A stretch of 62,904 nt of DNA, counting the filler, from Octopus bimaculoides (taxonomy: Eukaryota), in assembly GCF_001194135.2 (NCBI RefSeq). It is 5 parts of 4 records of this genome, joined end to end, with 100 filler letters (N's around TTAATTAATTAA, not from the genome) between each part and the next. Parts side by side here need not be neighbours in the genome. Positions count along the whole stretch, not along the records: positions 1 to 30,850 come from NC_068983.1; positions 30,951 to 46,781 come from NC_068985.1; 3 more parts are not named here. One strand, 5' to 3'. Below the pieces are notes generated by a model. It was given only the letters and a program-made list of their open reading frames with translations. It ran no database searches and was not told the DNA's origin. The translations under genes were made by a program, and so were the position numbers. This document shows, piece after piece, positions 23,761 to 37,999 of this stretch (position 1 is the stretch's first letter; every line of letters begins with the position of its first letter).

Positions 23761-25070
23761 ATTTATGCGCATGCTATAAGCGAAAAGAAATCAATTCAAA
23801 AAAAAAATACTTTTCACTATCAACACACCACCCCACCCCCACCACCATCACCGCTATCTGCCTCTCTTTCCCCCCCCTTCTCTCTCTCTCTCTCTCTCTT
23901 TCAATATACCCGCTTCCCCTGTCCATCTCTCTCTATCTACCTTTCCCTTCAGCTAATTTTTTAACCACGTAATAAGTAGTCCTTCCCCACCCCACCGCAC
24001 GTCGATAACACTTCTCTCTCCCTCTTTTTCTGTCGTTCTTCGCCTCAACCTTCAGCAGACCATGTGACCATTTGGCCGAAATGTATTAATATCACTCACC
24101 TTTCTCTACTTTTCTTCTCGTCATTCTTTACTCTCACCTCTCACTTCACCTCCATCTCGCACTCCACCTCCACCTCTCTTGCTATCTAGTATATATATAT
24201 TTTTATATATATGAGCTATGCTCCGGAGACAACCCTGTACATATTTTGTTCTTATTATGACCCTATTACCGAGACTCTACTACCGAGACATAACCGTCCC
24301 TACGCCAATAGTGCAGCTCTTATCCATCGATACCTCAAACATTCTCCATTCAAATATATATATATATACAACTTTGCCATCGAGTTCCACAAAATATTTC
24401 ACCATCACCGTCATATTTATTTCTATGAAATTATCCGTCACCATTCTCTCCCTCCTAACTACCAAACAAGAGGCATCGCTGACTTGAATTTTGAAACGCT
24501 TGTTTGTCGAGTAGCAGTTTGTCAAGAAAGCTTTCAAATTTCAAAAAAATTATTAAAATCCCACTTTCTGCTGAACCAAACTCATTTATAAACTTTATTT
24601 TTATAGACCTACAATATTTAACATTTGTGATATTTTATATTTTCAGACTTAAAGAGATTTACTTTTTATATATATTTTGACCACCTTGCTTGCATGCAAA
24701 GGATGTTTTTTTTATATATAATTATTGACCAATTTATTATTTATTTTTTTACCTCCTACTAACTTGCCCAAATCAGCCAAGTTGCCAAAGGGCTTAATCC
24801 AATATTTTGTGCAATTTCTGAAAAAAAACAAACATTTTTTGTAATCATTACCTTTTGTACTCGATAAAAAAATATTCGATGTAAATTGGATTAATAAATT
24901 TATTTATTTATTATTTATCTATTATTATCATGAAAACGGAGTATTTGTAGTGAGTGTAGTTCTGTGTTTGTGAATAACAGAAACGTAATCTTTATTTGAG
25001 GTCAAGCAAACGATAGACCAGCCGTAGAGAGAGTTGAAGGAATTAGTACTACCCCCTTCCCTCGTGTGTG

Positions 25071-25191
<121 letters not shown>

Positions 25192-25593
25192 GCAAATTAA
25201 AACAAAAATTATTGAAGCTGTCACTTGTTACTGTTCACCCTCACCTACACCATCTGTTCCTATTCCAGGCAATTAAATTGTGAAGACTGATCAATAGATT
25301 AATGAAAACAAAAATAAGAGAATGTGAGTGAGTGAGTGAAAGAGTGAGTGAGTGAAAGAGTGAGTGAGTGAAAAAAAATTGGAGAAGGTGTGTGAGAGAT
25401 TAATGAGAGAAATTTGCGTAATGTGTATAGTAAACAATGGGTGAAAGGAAGAGAGGCAGATAAATCAACAGGTAAAAACGATGGAAAGTGTGAGGGCCAA
25501 GAATTAAAATAAGACATAAAAAGAGAAGGGGTAGGGAGAGAGAGTGAAAGAGTGACAAAGAAACGTACAAGCAGACGCATACACGCGCACACA

Positions 25594-25594
25594 T

Positions 25595-25650
<56 letters not shown>

Positions 25651-25707
25651 GTAGGTAGGTAGATAGATAGATAGATAGATAGACAGATAGATAGATAGAT
25701 AGATAGC

Positions 25708-25759
<52 letters not shown>

Positions 25760-26130
25760 CAGACAGGCAGACAGGTAGATAGATACATTTCTTTTATTAG
25801 CCACACAGCGCTCAACAAAGATGGGACAAATACAATGTAGAGCTTTTCTTTTTGAGAGGGGGAAGGAAAAAAATAATAAATAAAATAAAAAAATAAATAA
25901 TAAAATAAAAAAATAAAAATAAATAAAGAAAGAAAGAAAAAAGAAAAAAAGTAGGCGTGTGTCGATCAAAAGGGATCGTAGGAAGGGAAAAAGGGGGGAG
26001 TTCGATCAAAAGGGATCGAGAAAAAAAAAAGCGATCAATAGGGATCGTGTATCACAGTAATGTTCTCGTGTAAAAAGAGGGGAGGACAGTTTAGGTTTAG
26101 CCGTGGAAAGAAAAGCCTACGGAAAAGACC
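25594..26130 (-). mobile_element. Retroelement 3' end with AATAAA and a (TATC)n tail
   Basis: Minus strand ...gtgtggctaataaaagaaatgtatctatctatc...; T-rich UTR with three CGATC/GATCG hairpins. Confidence 0.55.
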
Positions 26131-26655
26131 ACGGTAACCTTGATCAATATTGTCATTGAAGAAACTATAACAGTAAGTGACTCTCTTATAGATAGATAGA
26201 TAGGCAGGCAGCCAGACAGGCAATTAGAAACAGAAAGTGAAAGTAGTGGTGGGAAAGAAATGTGCAGAGAAATGTATAGCAAGACTCAGTGAAGGAGATT
26301 ATTGAGAAGAATGAAATAAAGAAAGACAACGAAACGAAAGCAGAAAGAAAATAATGAAGACAATTGAAAATAAGACGAACGATGTAAAGAAAGAAGAATT
26401 ATGGAAGTAATCAGGAAAATGAGCCAAAGCAAGAACGATATAAGACGAAGGTGATTGATGTGGGATGTGTGATGTGGGGGTACTGTGGTGTGGGATGCGT
26501 TTGGGAGGGTTATTTGGGTGGTTATATAAAGGGGAATAATATAAATTAGATGAAAAAAAGGAAAATTGAGCGGGGAAAAAAATATATAGGGAATAAAAAA
26601 TGAGAAAACTGCAGTGAAGATTTCTCGACTCTGATAGAATTTCAGATTTTTGGCT

Positions 26656-26746
<91 letters not shown>

Positions 26747-29470
26747 AAGTGTGGGTGTGTGTATGTGGCTGCGTGTGTACATATATGAGTACATGATCTC
26801 ATACTTTTTCTCCTTTTCTTTTCTCTCTCTTGCTCCCAGTCTGCCTGGTTGTATACATGTATCTCTGTCAATATAAACATACATATATACAAACATACGC
26901 ACATATACGCACATATATACATACACATGCAAACATACATACAAACATACATACATGTATAAATCCCAAAAATAGAACAAGAACGCAACAGACGACGATA
27001 AAACATCCAGACAGATAGACGATGCGAAGACGGACAGTCAAGCGAAGAAAGAAAGATCATGCCTGGCTGAACACGGTCACGTGGAAGGAAAGGATAGAGG
27101 TGGAGGGCAGAGGTATTGAAGGATTAGGGCAAGAACGAGAAAGAGAGGAAATCAAAGGGACATAGAGAAAGATACAAGGGAGATAAACGAGGAGGAAAAG
27201 TAGGAATTAAAAAAAGAGAAGGCCAAGAAACGTGAGAGAGGGGGAGCGAGAAAAAGAAAGGAGGAAAGAAAGAAGAAAGTATGAGGGGGACTAAAAGAAA
27301 GAGTAAAAGAGTCGTACAAAATTTAGATACATACTTACAAGGTGAGCAAAAGTGTACATACACCGCATATATATATATATGTATATATATNNNNNNNNNN
27401 NNNNNNNNNNNNNNNNNNNNNNNNNNNNNNNNNNNNNNNNNNNNNNNNNNNNNNNNNNNNNNNNNNNNNNNNNNNNNNNNNNNNNNNNNNNNNNNNNNNN
27501 NNNNNNNNNNNNNNNNNNNNNNNNNNNNNNNNNNNNNNNNNNNNNNNNNNNNNNNNNNNNNNNNNNNNNNNNNNNNNNNNNNNNNNNNNNNNNNNNNNNN
27601 NNNNNNNNNNNNNNNNNNNNNNNNNNNNNNNNNNNNNNNNNNNNNNNNNNNNNNNNNNNNNNNNNNNNNNNNNNNNNNNNNNNNNNNNNNNNNNNNNNNN
27701 NNNNNNNNNNNNNNNNNNNNNNNNNNNNNNNNNNNNNNNNNNNNNNNNNNNNNNNNNNNNNNNNNNNNNNNNNNNNNNNNNNNNNNNNNNNNNNNNNNNN
27801 NNNNNNNNNNNNNNNNNNNNNNNNNNNNNNNNNNNNNNNNNNNNNNNNNNNNNNNNNNNNNNNNNNNNNNNNNNNNNNNNNNNNNNNNNNNNNNNNNNNN
27901 NNNNNNNNNNNNNNNNNNNNNNNNNNNNNNNNNNNNNNNNNNNNNNNNNNNNNNNNNNNNNNNNNNNNNNNNNNNNNNNNNNNNNNNNNNNNNNNNNNNN
28001 NNNNNNNNNNNNNNNNNNNNNNNNNNNNNNNNNNNNNNNNNNNNNNNNNNNNNNNNNNNNNNNNNNNNNNNNNNNNNNNNNNNNNNNNNNNNNNNNNNNN
28101 NNNNNNNNNNNNNNNNNNNNNNNNNNNNNNNNNNNNNNNNNNNNNNNNNNNNNNNNNNNNNNNNNNNNNNNNNNNNNNNNNNNNNNNNNNNNNNNNNNNN
28201 NNNNNNNNATATATATAAAACAAATAATAAATGAGTATATGCATATATACGTACAGGTATGTGCATACCTACGTCTACCTGTATATATAGGTGCATATCT
28301 GGGTACAGGACATTGCAAATAAAACGTAGACAAAAAAATAATAATAACCAGTGTACAGAACACACGCAAGCAACATAGAGAACATTTTCCTTCATCAGCT
28401 ACCCTCATTCTAACACGGGCGTTTCGAAGAGTAGGGCAGGACGCATCGTTAAAATGGCTCTTCCCACGGACCACAAATTAAATTTGTATACACAAATTAA
28501 ACTTGTGCCATGGAGGAATGTAGTGGCGGACAAGAAACAAGACAGGAAAACAAACGGAAAAGGCTATACGGCCAGACGTGAAAAATTATGTGTATGTTGA
28601 ACGCTGTGAAGCAACGAACTGGAAGCGGGACGAAGTAAGTTCGCGTGTTTGCTCGGCGATAGCCAAGGAAGAAAAGAATTAGTAAGTGGACACATGTGAC
28701 CAGCGAGGAGTAAGGAAGAGAGAGACTGGTAGAGGGAGAAACAAGGGGAGGAAGTAGAAAAGAGGTGAGCAACGAGAGAAAGAGAGGAAGAGAGAAATAT
28801 AGTAGTAACAGAAGGAATAACGAGAGGGGGAAAGAGAGAGATATAATAGTAACGGAAAGAAGAACGAGAGGGGTAAAGACAGAGATACGTAGTAGTAACA
28901 GAAGGAAGAACGAGAGGGGGAAAAAGTTATAGAGATAGAGATAGATAGAGTCGCGTCACAAAATATAAAGTTCAAAAACTACTTACAGGGAATGACGCGG
29001 GCGTTCGATCATGTAAAACAAATAATAAATGAGTATATGCATATATACGTACAGGTATGTGCATACCTTCGTCTACCTGTATATATAGGTGCATATCTGG
29101 GTATATATATATATATATATATATATNNNNNNNNNNNNNNNNNNNNNNNNNNNNNNNNNNNNNNNNNNNNNNNNNNNNNNNNNNNNNNNNNNNNNNNNNN
29201 NNNNNNNNNNNNNNNNNNNNNNNNNNNNNNNNNNNNNNNNNNNNNNNNNNNNNNNNNNNNNNNNNNNNNNNNNNNNNNNNNNNNNNNNNNNNNNNNNNNN
29301 NNNNNNNNNNNNNNNNNNNNNNNNNNNNNNNNNNNNNNNNNNNNNTATTAATTCGAATTAAGCAATAGAAGCATTTCTATAATAAAAAAACATTATCTCA
29401 ATAATACACACTTGACGATTGTGAGTTGCTTAAACCCCAGGAGCTGCTGGAAAATCTCTTTAAAGACGTA

Positions 29471-30345
29471 CAGAGAATAAACAGTTGTCTAAATTACGCA
29501 AAAATGAAAATAACACTGACATCTCATTTATCTGTTAAAGATATATTTACCAAAACTACATTAAAATATCTTAAACTACTAAAGAGTAAATTCGTTCAAT
29601 AAAATCAGCATTGGCTTCAACGACGGCCTTCAGACGACTTCGCAATCCCCTGCAACTCTTCTAGACGGTCTCCTTTTTTAAGTTGGTGAATGCTGCATAA
29701 TGCTTGCATTCAGTTCATCTTTGGTGTTACAAGAAGTTTTGTTGGTCTCTCGCTCAGCTGTGCCCCGCACATAATAATCAAAACGATTGTAGTCTGAAGA
29801 GTTAGGTGGCCAGATGTTAGGGCTGATGTGGTTGCAGAAATTGTAAGACAACCATGACTGGGTTCTCCTGTTTGTATGGCATGGTGCAAACTCCTGTTGC
29901 CAATCATAGGGTCTTCCAGCAGCCATATTCTTGGCTCAGGGCAGCACTACCTTTTCCAGGGACTTGATGTAGGCTTCCGTGTTGAGTCTGAGGCCATGTG
30001 GGAAGATGAATGGAGGCATAACGTTGCCATCACCAGTGATCACTCCAAGCACCATGATGTTGACTGGATGTTAGACTTTTATCACTCTCGGTACCTGTCC
30101 TCAGATTTACACCCAAACACTCTGAAATGTTCGTATTGGAGCTTCCGGCGCGAATGCCAAACTGTACTGCATGTCGTTTCCAAATTTCTTTCAGAGCAAA
30201 TTGCGTTATGGTGCTGTTTTTTTTCTCACAGACGGTACCCAATTGACCTTATTATACTATGTAGTCGACAAAATCAAAAAGAAACAAAATGCGCATGCGC
30301 GAAATCAAAAATATAAAATTGCGACAATTTACCCATTGCACCCTG
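29471..30345 (-). mobile_element. Internally deleted Tc1/mariner-superfamily (maT/DD37D-like) transposon
   Basis: TA-flanked cagggtgcaatgggtaaattgtcgc end; degenerate opposite end tacagag...agttgtc; WPPNSSDYN..DYYV.G.AERETNKTSCNTKDEL and RSRLKAVVEANADFIE. Confidence 0.85.
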
Positions 30346-30780
30346 TATAGTGGCTAAAAAAGCAATATACTCTGGAGCTAGGTGAAACGATCTCGCCTGA
30401 AACTGATCACGAAAACGACATATACGTATTTCGCTGTAGTTGTGGCATTTCAATGTCGTATACTATTGTCACTTCCGAAGCAAAATTGAATCCGCTTGTC
30501 CGAATTATATACAGACAGTGTATAAACTATCTGCTAGCTTGCAATGGTATTGCATGGGCAAGATATTATAGAAGCTCTTCAAACTCACATACCTATGTGT
30601 GTTAAATATCAGATGGTGAGGGATCTTAATCCAGGAAAATCTCTTTAAAGATGTATAGTGTTAACACAATATATTTCACAATATAATTTTTCAACAAAAT
30701 GTGCATTTTTTAAAGATAAATCACTGCTTCTAGTATTTAAACAACACACGTACGTTATATTGTATTAATAAACTTGATAA

Positions 30781-30850
<70 letters not shown>

Positions 30851-30950
30851 NNNNNNNNNNNNNNNNNNNNNNNNNNNNNNNNNNNNNNNNNNNNTTAATT
30901 AATTAANNNNNNNNNNNNNNNNNNNNNNNNNNNNNNNNNNNNNNNNNNNN

Positions 30951-30984
<34 letters not shown>

Positions 30985-31249
30985 TACGTACATTTGTATT
31001 GAGTCTTATTTGACTTCACGTTCAAAAATTTCTTTTTTTATAATTTTACACTTCGTAATTATAAGAAATATCCTTTAGCTATGTGTGTGCAAGCACATTT
31101 AACTGTTTGCGTGTATTTGTGTATGTATGCATATACGTATATATGCATAGATGTGTGTGTACGTGTGTGTGTCTGTGTGTGTATGTGTGTTTGTGTATGT
31201 CTGTATTTGCTTATATACTCGTATGTCAAGATACGTAGTATTTTGTCAA

Positions 31250-31640
31250 GCGATTCGGTAAACTGGGGTCGATATAACTGCGAGGACCTTTATGATGAAC
31301 TGAAAATATGTGAAGTCGATACTCCAGTATGGCCTTAGTCCAATGACTAAAACCAATAAAAAAATGTAAACAAAACCAAAAGCACAAACAGCTGTGTGGT
31401 TAAGAAGTTCATTTTACAGCCATATGACGTAGGGTTCGATCCCGCTGAAGTCGGATTCGTATCATCACTTGACAACGATGTTGGTTCGTTTACGTCCCTG
31501 TAATTTAATGATTCAGCATTAGAGACCCATAGAATAAATACTAGGCTTCAAAAAAAGTATTAGGGGTAGATTTGTTCGATTAAAATTCATTAAATGGCGT
31601 GCCCCAGCAGGGCCTCAGTCAACTGATTGAAACAAGTAAA
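31250..31640 (+). mobile_element. Decayed SINE family B fragments
   Basis: ctggggtcgat...gtatggcc...aatgactaaaac and gctgtgtggttaagaag...ggttcgatccc. Confidence 0.65.
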
Positions 31641-32474
31641 AAATAAACAACAAAAGATATTTTATGAAGGACTTCAATATTTTGTATGATCTGAGGGAGA
31701 ACTGGCTGCTATTTCTAGAATATCTAGTGATGCTGAGGCTTCCCTGTGACCAATATGCTACTTAAACAGCGACATTTGTAGGATGAAAATGGTAACTGAT
31801 CGATAGATGTAAAGGAGTTATAAGCCAGATTCGATCTGTGACGGATGGCCAACTTATAGCTGACATTTGCAGTACTTCACATGAGATGACATTCACTATA
31901 GATACAGCCAGTAAATGTCCACGGCCACGAGAGGTTTAGCTACGACGGAAACGTCCCAGTTTGACCATCTCCTCCTCAAACTCTCTTCAGCCAGAAAGCA
32001 TCTCGACACTAATTTGTTTCGATGAACACCCCACCCCACCGCCACACACAAACAAACACATACACGTATGCACACAACACAACTCAGACACTCGCATGCG
32101 CATGCATACACGACACACACAAAGGCATATACGCACATGCATGTGTATGTACGTGTGCGCATATACATACACACACACACACACATATATACACATACAC
32201 ATAGATATATATATACACACACACAAATGTATAGTTATATATTTACCTTTACATGTGTGTTTATATATTTGTCCATATATATATATATATATATGCACAG
32301 ATATACAGACACACACACACACGCATCACGATATATTCCAGACTGTCGGCTGTTGTTATACACCGTTTGTTATACACCGTATGTCACTTTCGAATAATGC
32401 CACCTCACTGGCTGGGCAAGCAGACCAACATTTCTACGAACGGAATGCCAGTCCGTGGCAAGATTACCATTGGC

Positions 32475-32750
32475 ACATACATACATACATACATACATAC
32501 ATACATACATACATACACACACACATACAAACATACATACATACACACACACATACATACATACATACATACATACATACATACACACACACATACACAC
32601 ATACATACATACACACACACATACATACATACATACATAGATACATACATACATACGTACGTACATACATACATACGTACATACATACATAATGCATACA
32701 CATACATATATACATACATACATACATACATACATACATACATACATGCA
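32475..32750. repeat. (TACA)n microsatellite
   Basis: Directly visible. Confidence 0.95.
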
Positions 32751-32751
32751 T

Positions 32752-33328
32752 GCATAAGCCGGATTACTACCTCCCACTTCGAAGGGTATGCGTTTGCAAT
32801 CCAGGAACAAGAAATATCAACCAAGTACCTGATGCACAAAAGGGATAGAGATGCGGGAAAAGCGTAAGATATAACAAACGATTCAGACTTTGTGGAGTTC
32901 ACACTGAATATATTACCCACATCATAAGCAGTTTTCCGAAAATGTCATCATGGTATTATCTACCGATGAGACATGACGCTGTAGCTAGGACACTCTATAA
33001 TGAAATCCGTCGGAAGGATAATCCCGAGGACAAAGAAATAAGAACGTACAATATGGTAGAAGCCATAGGCACTCATAATAAAAAAGGAATACTGGTGGAG
33101 TGTCCCAGTGAAGACCTCAATGAAAAGTAAGCACAACATACCTGATATAATGATTTGGGATAGAGAAGAGAAACTGTGCACAGTTGTGGAAGTTAGCTGC
33201 CCAGCGGATGTTAACATAAAGCTGAATATCAGTGAAAAAGGGAACACCTATGCTGAACTATTGAGAAATCTGCAGTTGCTCTATCCAGATTACAAGTTCA
33301 GGTTTATATCTATAATTATTGGGGCCCT
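32752..33328 (+). mobile_element. RLE-type non-LTR retrotransposon (R4/NeSL-like) 3' fragment
   Basis: SHFEGYAFAIQEQEISTKY..., RHD motif, PDIMIWD, VEVSCP (restriction-like endonuclease); frameshifted; homologous to 44600-45620. Confidence 0.85.
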
Positions 33329-33349
33329 GGAATCCCCAAATTTTAGGCT

Positions 33350-34010
33350 TAGTGCCTTAGGCACAATGCTTAGAGGAATTACTTCCGGCTCTATGCGTTC
33401 TGATTTCAATACCCACGTAATCTACTTTGCCTTTCATTCTTTTGGGATTGATAAATGTAAAGTACCAGTCCAGTGCTGAGGTCGATGTAATCACCTTACC
33501 TATTCTTCTCAGAATTACTGGCCTTGTGCTCAAATTAGAAATAATAATTATTATTATTTGTTAAGACGACCAGCTGCAGGATCGTTACCACACCGGACGA
33601 ACTGCTTAGCCGCATTTCTTCCGGCTCTTCTCGTTCTAAGTTAGAATGCCGTCTTGGTTGTCTTTGCCTTTCATCTTTTCGGGGCCGATAAAATAAGTAC
33701 CAATTGAATACTGGGATCTATGTAATCGACTATAACCCCCCACCGAAATTTCAGGCCTTGTGTCTGTAGTAGAAAGGATTATCATTTGTTAAGACTACGA
33801 GATGCAGGATCGTTAACACACCAGACGAACTGCTTAGCCGCATTTCTTCCGGCTCTTTTCGCTCTGTGTTCAAATTCCACCGCGGTTGACATTGACATTC
33901 ATCCTTTCGGAGTCGATAAAATAAGTACCAGTTGACCACTTGGGTCGATGTAATCGACTATAACCCTCCCCTGAAATTGCTGAGATTGTGCTAAAATTAG
34001 AAAGGAAGAC
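33350..34010 (+). mobile_element. Three decayed SINE family A copies in tandem
   Basis: tgcttag...ctttgcctttcat...gataaa...aagtacca...gtcgatgtaatc repeated at about 33350, 33560 and 33780. Confidence 0.8.
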
Positions 34011-34989
34011 TTTTTGTTTATCGGATCAGTGGGATAAGTTCATGTTCGTGCTTCGAAAGCTTTGGATTTAACAAGAGCCTCTGAAGAGTTTTTCTCAAAA
34101 TTTTAGATTACTTTGCAGGTTAATGGAATTCTGTACCAGTATTTTTAGTTTTTACTGAAAGGTGGGTGTTAATTTTAACATCTTATGCCTGTTATCTATT
34201 GATATTCATAAACAATAATGACAGAAACGAGATATGCACCACCTCCACGTTATAGAGTACACAACGACAAAAAGAATAAATCAGTAAACGAATATTTCCA
34301 ACAAAAAGCAAAAACGAATTTGAAAAATTTATTGTATTGTCACATGCCGTAAAAAGTACTGACATATTGGAACATTCATGAGAGCACACACCTCCCAAAA
34401 CACACACAACACACACACATACACACACATACACATACATTGTGTATATCTGTAGGTGTGTATGCACATGTTTACATATACTGTAAACACGAATAACGTA
34501 ATGCCGCTAACACTAAAAATTTAAACAACAACGAACTTGCAGATGGAAATAGATAAAAAAAAATATTTTAACAATCTTGCGTAACAATGGAAAATGCTAT
34601 TCCCTGGAGTTATAGAGAAACGAGAAATATAAAAATACATGTCACGCTTGAGACATCGGAGCGTTCCTTCTACTGGCAAAGATACTGTTACAAGAAGAAG
34701 TAGGTGGTGTTTGTAAGAAAATTACCTGAAATGGTCGGGGAAACGTGGATGGATCGACATGATTTTGAGCAATGAGTATGAATCAACTGGCACAGTAAAA
34801 ATAGAAGTATAAATTAATATATTCCTAGATATTATAAATGTAGGAATACATGAAAAATAGGCAGATGGTATGGCTACACACCAACTATAAAAACATAATC
34901 GACATTCATTGTAATCTAACAACTCTTTTCTAACGATGCTTAGTGGAGTCAATAATGGTACCTTTACATGGATACTTGACATGCTCGTT

Positions 34990-36430
34990 ACAGCAGCTAA
35001 AGCTTTCTCTTAGTACGTTCTATCATAAGGAAAATGGAAGGACGCGCTGTATGTCTTTAAGAAGCCTCCACCAAGATGCGTCTCACAATGCGGCCCCTGA
35101 AATATTTTAAAGCGCTAATAGGTTCTTAATTTCATGTTGTATGTTTCTACCAAAATCAACAGTATAGTTGTATCCTCTTTTAGCACATGAATGCCTCCAA
35201 AATAAAATACCCGAAACAGCATGATTGCAGTGGCTTGTAAAGCCCACTCTGCGTTAAGCAACATTGGTAGAGATGGGTGGAAAGTGACCATAAATCTCAC
35301 TGGTCTTATCCTCATGCCGTGCGGTGTTTTGAACCCTCCTGAAAACCCTGGTGTATTAAAAGGATTTTGAGCTCCTTCATTGCTCAGTTGTTAACTCCAT
35401 AGCAAGAATGTTCCCTACAGTTGCCCCAGAGAAGGCCAATCTTGAAGAATTTGAAATGATTGTGATTGATTGCAAGATGTTTTGAAGCTTGGTAAAGGTA
35501 CTTCAATCTGATCCCTCGCGTGCTGGGAAGTCTTTTTCTTTCTGTCAGAAACATCAGATTCAAGGTACCTGAAGTTACAAATTTCCTGAAGATGTATCAT
35601 CAACGTTGGTACAAATTGGTAAGTGGCTTACATCTTCATTGATAATCATGTATTCAGTTATTTTACACAAGACTATACAGCCAAATATTACTTGAAATAA
35701 AAAATGGAATGGTCGCCGTTGGAACGCTTTTGCTCATGAATTTTCTCGATTTGAAGATATTCATTGCCCTGTGAGTCCACACCTGCACCACCACTCTCAT
35801 ATTTGAGCAGGAGGACCAAGATTCGGTCTTCAGATCGTTGGTCCTTTGTGTGTTATATAGTTGAGGTACTTGGGCATTATCCAGAGTACTGAGAGGCCGC
35901 CTCAATTCCTTTGTTGCCAGGTCGCTTAGCAGGCTTAAGGGCAGATTTCGTATCCATCCAATCAACGTCTGTTCTCAAGCTGGGATGCGACCTGTTACTC
36001 GTATGATTCAAAAGCATCAGCCCAGGCCGTTTGGTCACGTTGCTTGATTTTCCGGGTCAGACCATGCGTATCGTATTGTCTTTTCTGAGGATCCTATTGG
36101 AGTAAGGCTTCATGTTGGTCGGACACATGTCACATGGTTATAGCGGATGAAGACGTATTTTGTATAGACAGTGGGGCCGACTGAATCACTGCTCGGAGGA
36201 CTACCCGGGATGGCCCGAGCAAATACCGACAAATGGTGGATGCAACGACGCGCTGCAACAATGCATGCCCCCATACCTTACGTGAAGATATCGAAAACAT
36301 CAAAATCAACAATGGCAAATTCTTGTGAATATAATGAGCGCCACGACTTCTACTTGATTCCCAAAAAGCTTTTAGGTTCCATGAATATACAAACATTTCA
36401 ATACTAGGTGATGGCTCCAGACACTCTGTT
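34990..36430 (-). pseudogene. RTE-like LINE reverse transcriptase relic
   Basis: Degenerate IVDF (motif B region), LQEICNFRYLES, and EIYGHFPPISTNVA*RRVGFTSHC; many stops and frameshifts. Confidence 0.7.
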
Positions 36431-36589
36431 GAATAAGAATAGGACAGGAACTTTGAGAAAACAGTTCTGTGGAAGTTACTAGACGGTCTGTCAAACTGTC
36501 AACTGTAAAACTTATATTTTTGACATGTTCAAACATGGGTATGAATATGCATACATATATGCATACATATATACATGCACACACCTACA

Positions 36590-36628
<39 letters not shown>

Positions 36629-36638
36629 NNNNNNNNNN

Positions 36639-36679
<41 letters not shown>

Positions 36680-37342
36680 CTCATAGACATATATATCAAG
36701 ATAGCTGTACATCAGTGTGTGGGCGTATGGAGACAGTGTGCAAAAGCATACATACATACATACATACATACATACATACATACATACGTACGTACGTACA
36801 TACATACACAGACATATATTTTACGCACTCGCGCGCGCGCGCATAAATACGTAGATGTGGATGTCTCGGATAAATATAGTCTTATTCATTGAAAATAATC
36901 AATTTAAGATGTATTGATATGTATATATATTGATTGAACAATTTCTTTCTTATATCTCACACGATGAAATGTAAAAGATGAGTGTGTGTGTTTGTGTATG
37001 CACACTTGTGTGTTGTGTGTGTATAATATACATACATAGAAAGAAATATTTACACACACACAGAGACACACACAGACATACACACACACTGCATACACAC
37101 GCACACACACACATTATTATTAATGAATGGAAGAAAGGTTCCATAATTCCAAGCAAAGTTTGTTTCATTAATTTATTTACGTATTTAATTTACTTATGAA
37201 TTTAATTAACGTCTTAAGGTCAGTGAGAATTCAAGCTAAACAAAGCAGCGTTATCATGTTGGCGCAGGAACAGTCAGCCATTTTTTATCTATAGACCCCT
37301 TTCATTACTGTTTTATTCTGGTGGACTCCCATAACCATTCTA

Positions 37343-37999
37343 CAAGGGGTGTCTGAAAAGTTTTGAGCCTAACCTAGAATCGGGGCTGCTATATAGCCGA
37401 AACAATTTTTTCTGGTAAATACAGTCTTTTTGGAGTATTCTTGCTCATTTTCATGATTCTGATATTTTAATTTCTTTTTTTGCAGATTTTTGAATAAACA
37501 AGCTTCGAATTTACAAGGAAAATGGAGGAAACTGAGTATCGTGCTGTCATAAAGTACCTTCATTTGAAAGGCATGGCTCCATCAGAAATCCATGAAGATA
37601 AGGTGAGGACCTTAACAGATAATGCTCCTTCATATGCAACAGTCAAACGCTGGGTAAATGAATTCAAGCGCGGCAGGGAGAGTGTGGAAGATGATCCAAG
37701 ACCAGGGAGACCTCCAACTGCAACCACCAAGGAGAACCTTGACCTTCCTCTTGGTATGATAATGCAAGATCGCCGAATATCATGTCGTCAGATAGCCAAG
37801 AGACTGGGCATCTCAACTGCAAAGAGCGGATAACATTGTGACAAAAGAACTTGGGTTCTCAAAGGTTTCTACAAGGTGGGTCCCTCGCCTTTTGACTCCT
37901 GAACAGAAACGCGCCAGGTGCACTTTGTCCACGAGCAATCTGGAACTGTTTGAAGCTGATGAAGAGAATTTTCTTGATCGTTTCATTACTATAGACGAA
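37343..37999 (+). mobile_element. Mariner transposon 5' half (transposase pseudogene)
   Basis: TA + TIR caaggggtgtctgaaaagtttt; MEETEYRAVIKYL...GRP...; frameshift; WVPRLL motif; ends at first catalytic D (ITIDE). Confidence 0.92.

Noticed and set aside
24060-24090. GGCC-GAAAUGUA hammerhead remnant
   Set aside because: Core is unrecognisable and there is no stem I.
25963-26047. CRISPR-like repeat-spacer reading of the three hairpins
   Set aside because: Repeats are only 16 bp, spacers are low-complexity, the context is eukaryotic and there are no cas genes.
28385-28480. Hammerhead on the minus strand (GAAGAG/CUCUUC-GAAAC and a later CUGAUGA)
   Set aside because: No core ahead of the stem, no UH triplet, and the CUGAUGA is not followed by GAAA.
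30895-30906. TTAATTAATTAA isolated inside N runs (also 46826, 57961, 61505)
   Set aside because: Identical 12-mer with stops in all six frames and symmetric N padding: a scaffold linker, not biology.
33108-33479. 123-aa ORF as a host gene
   Set aside because: LINE restriction-like endonuclease fragment read through into a SINE.
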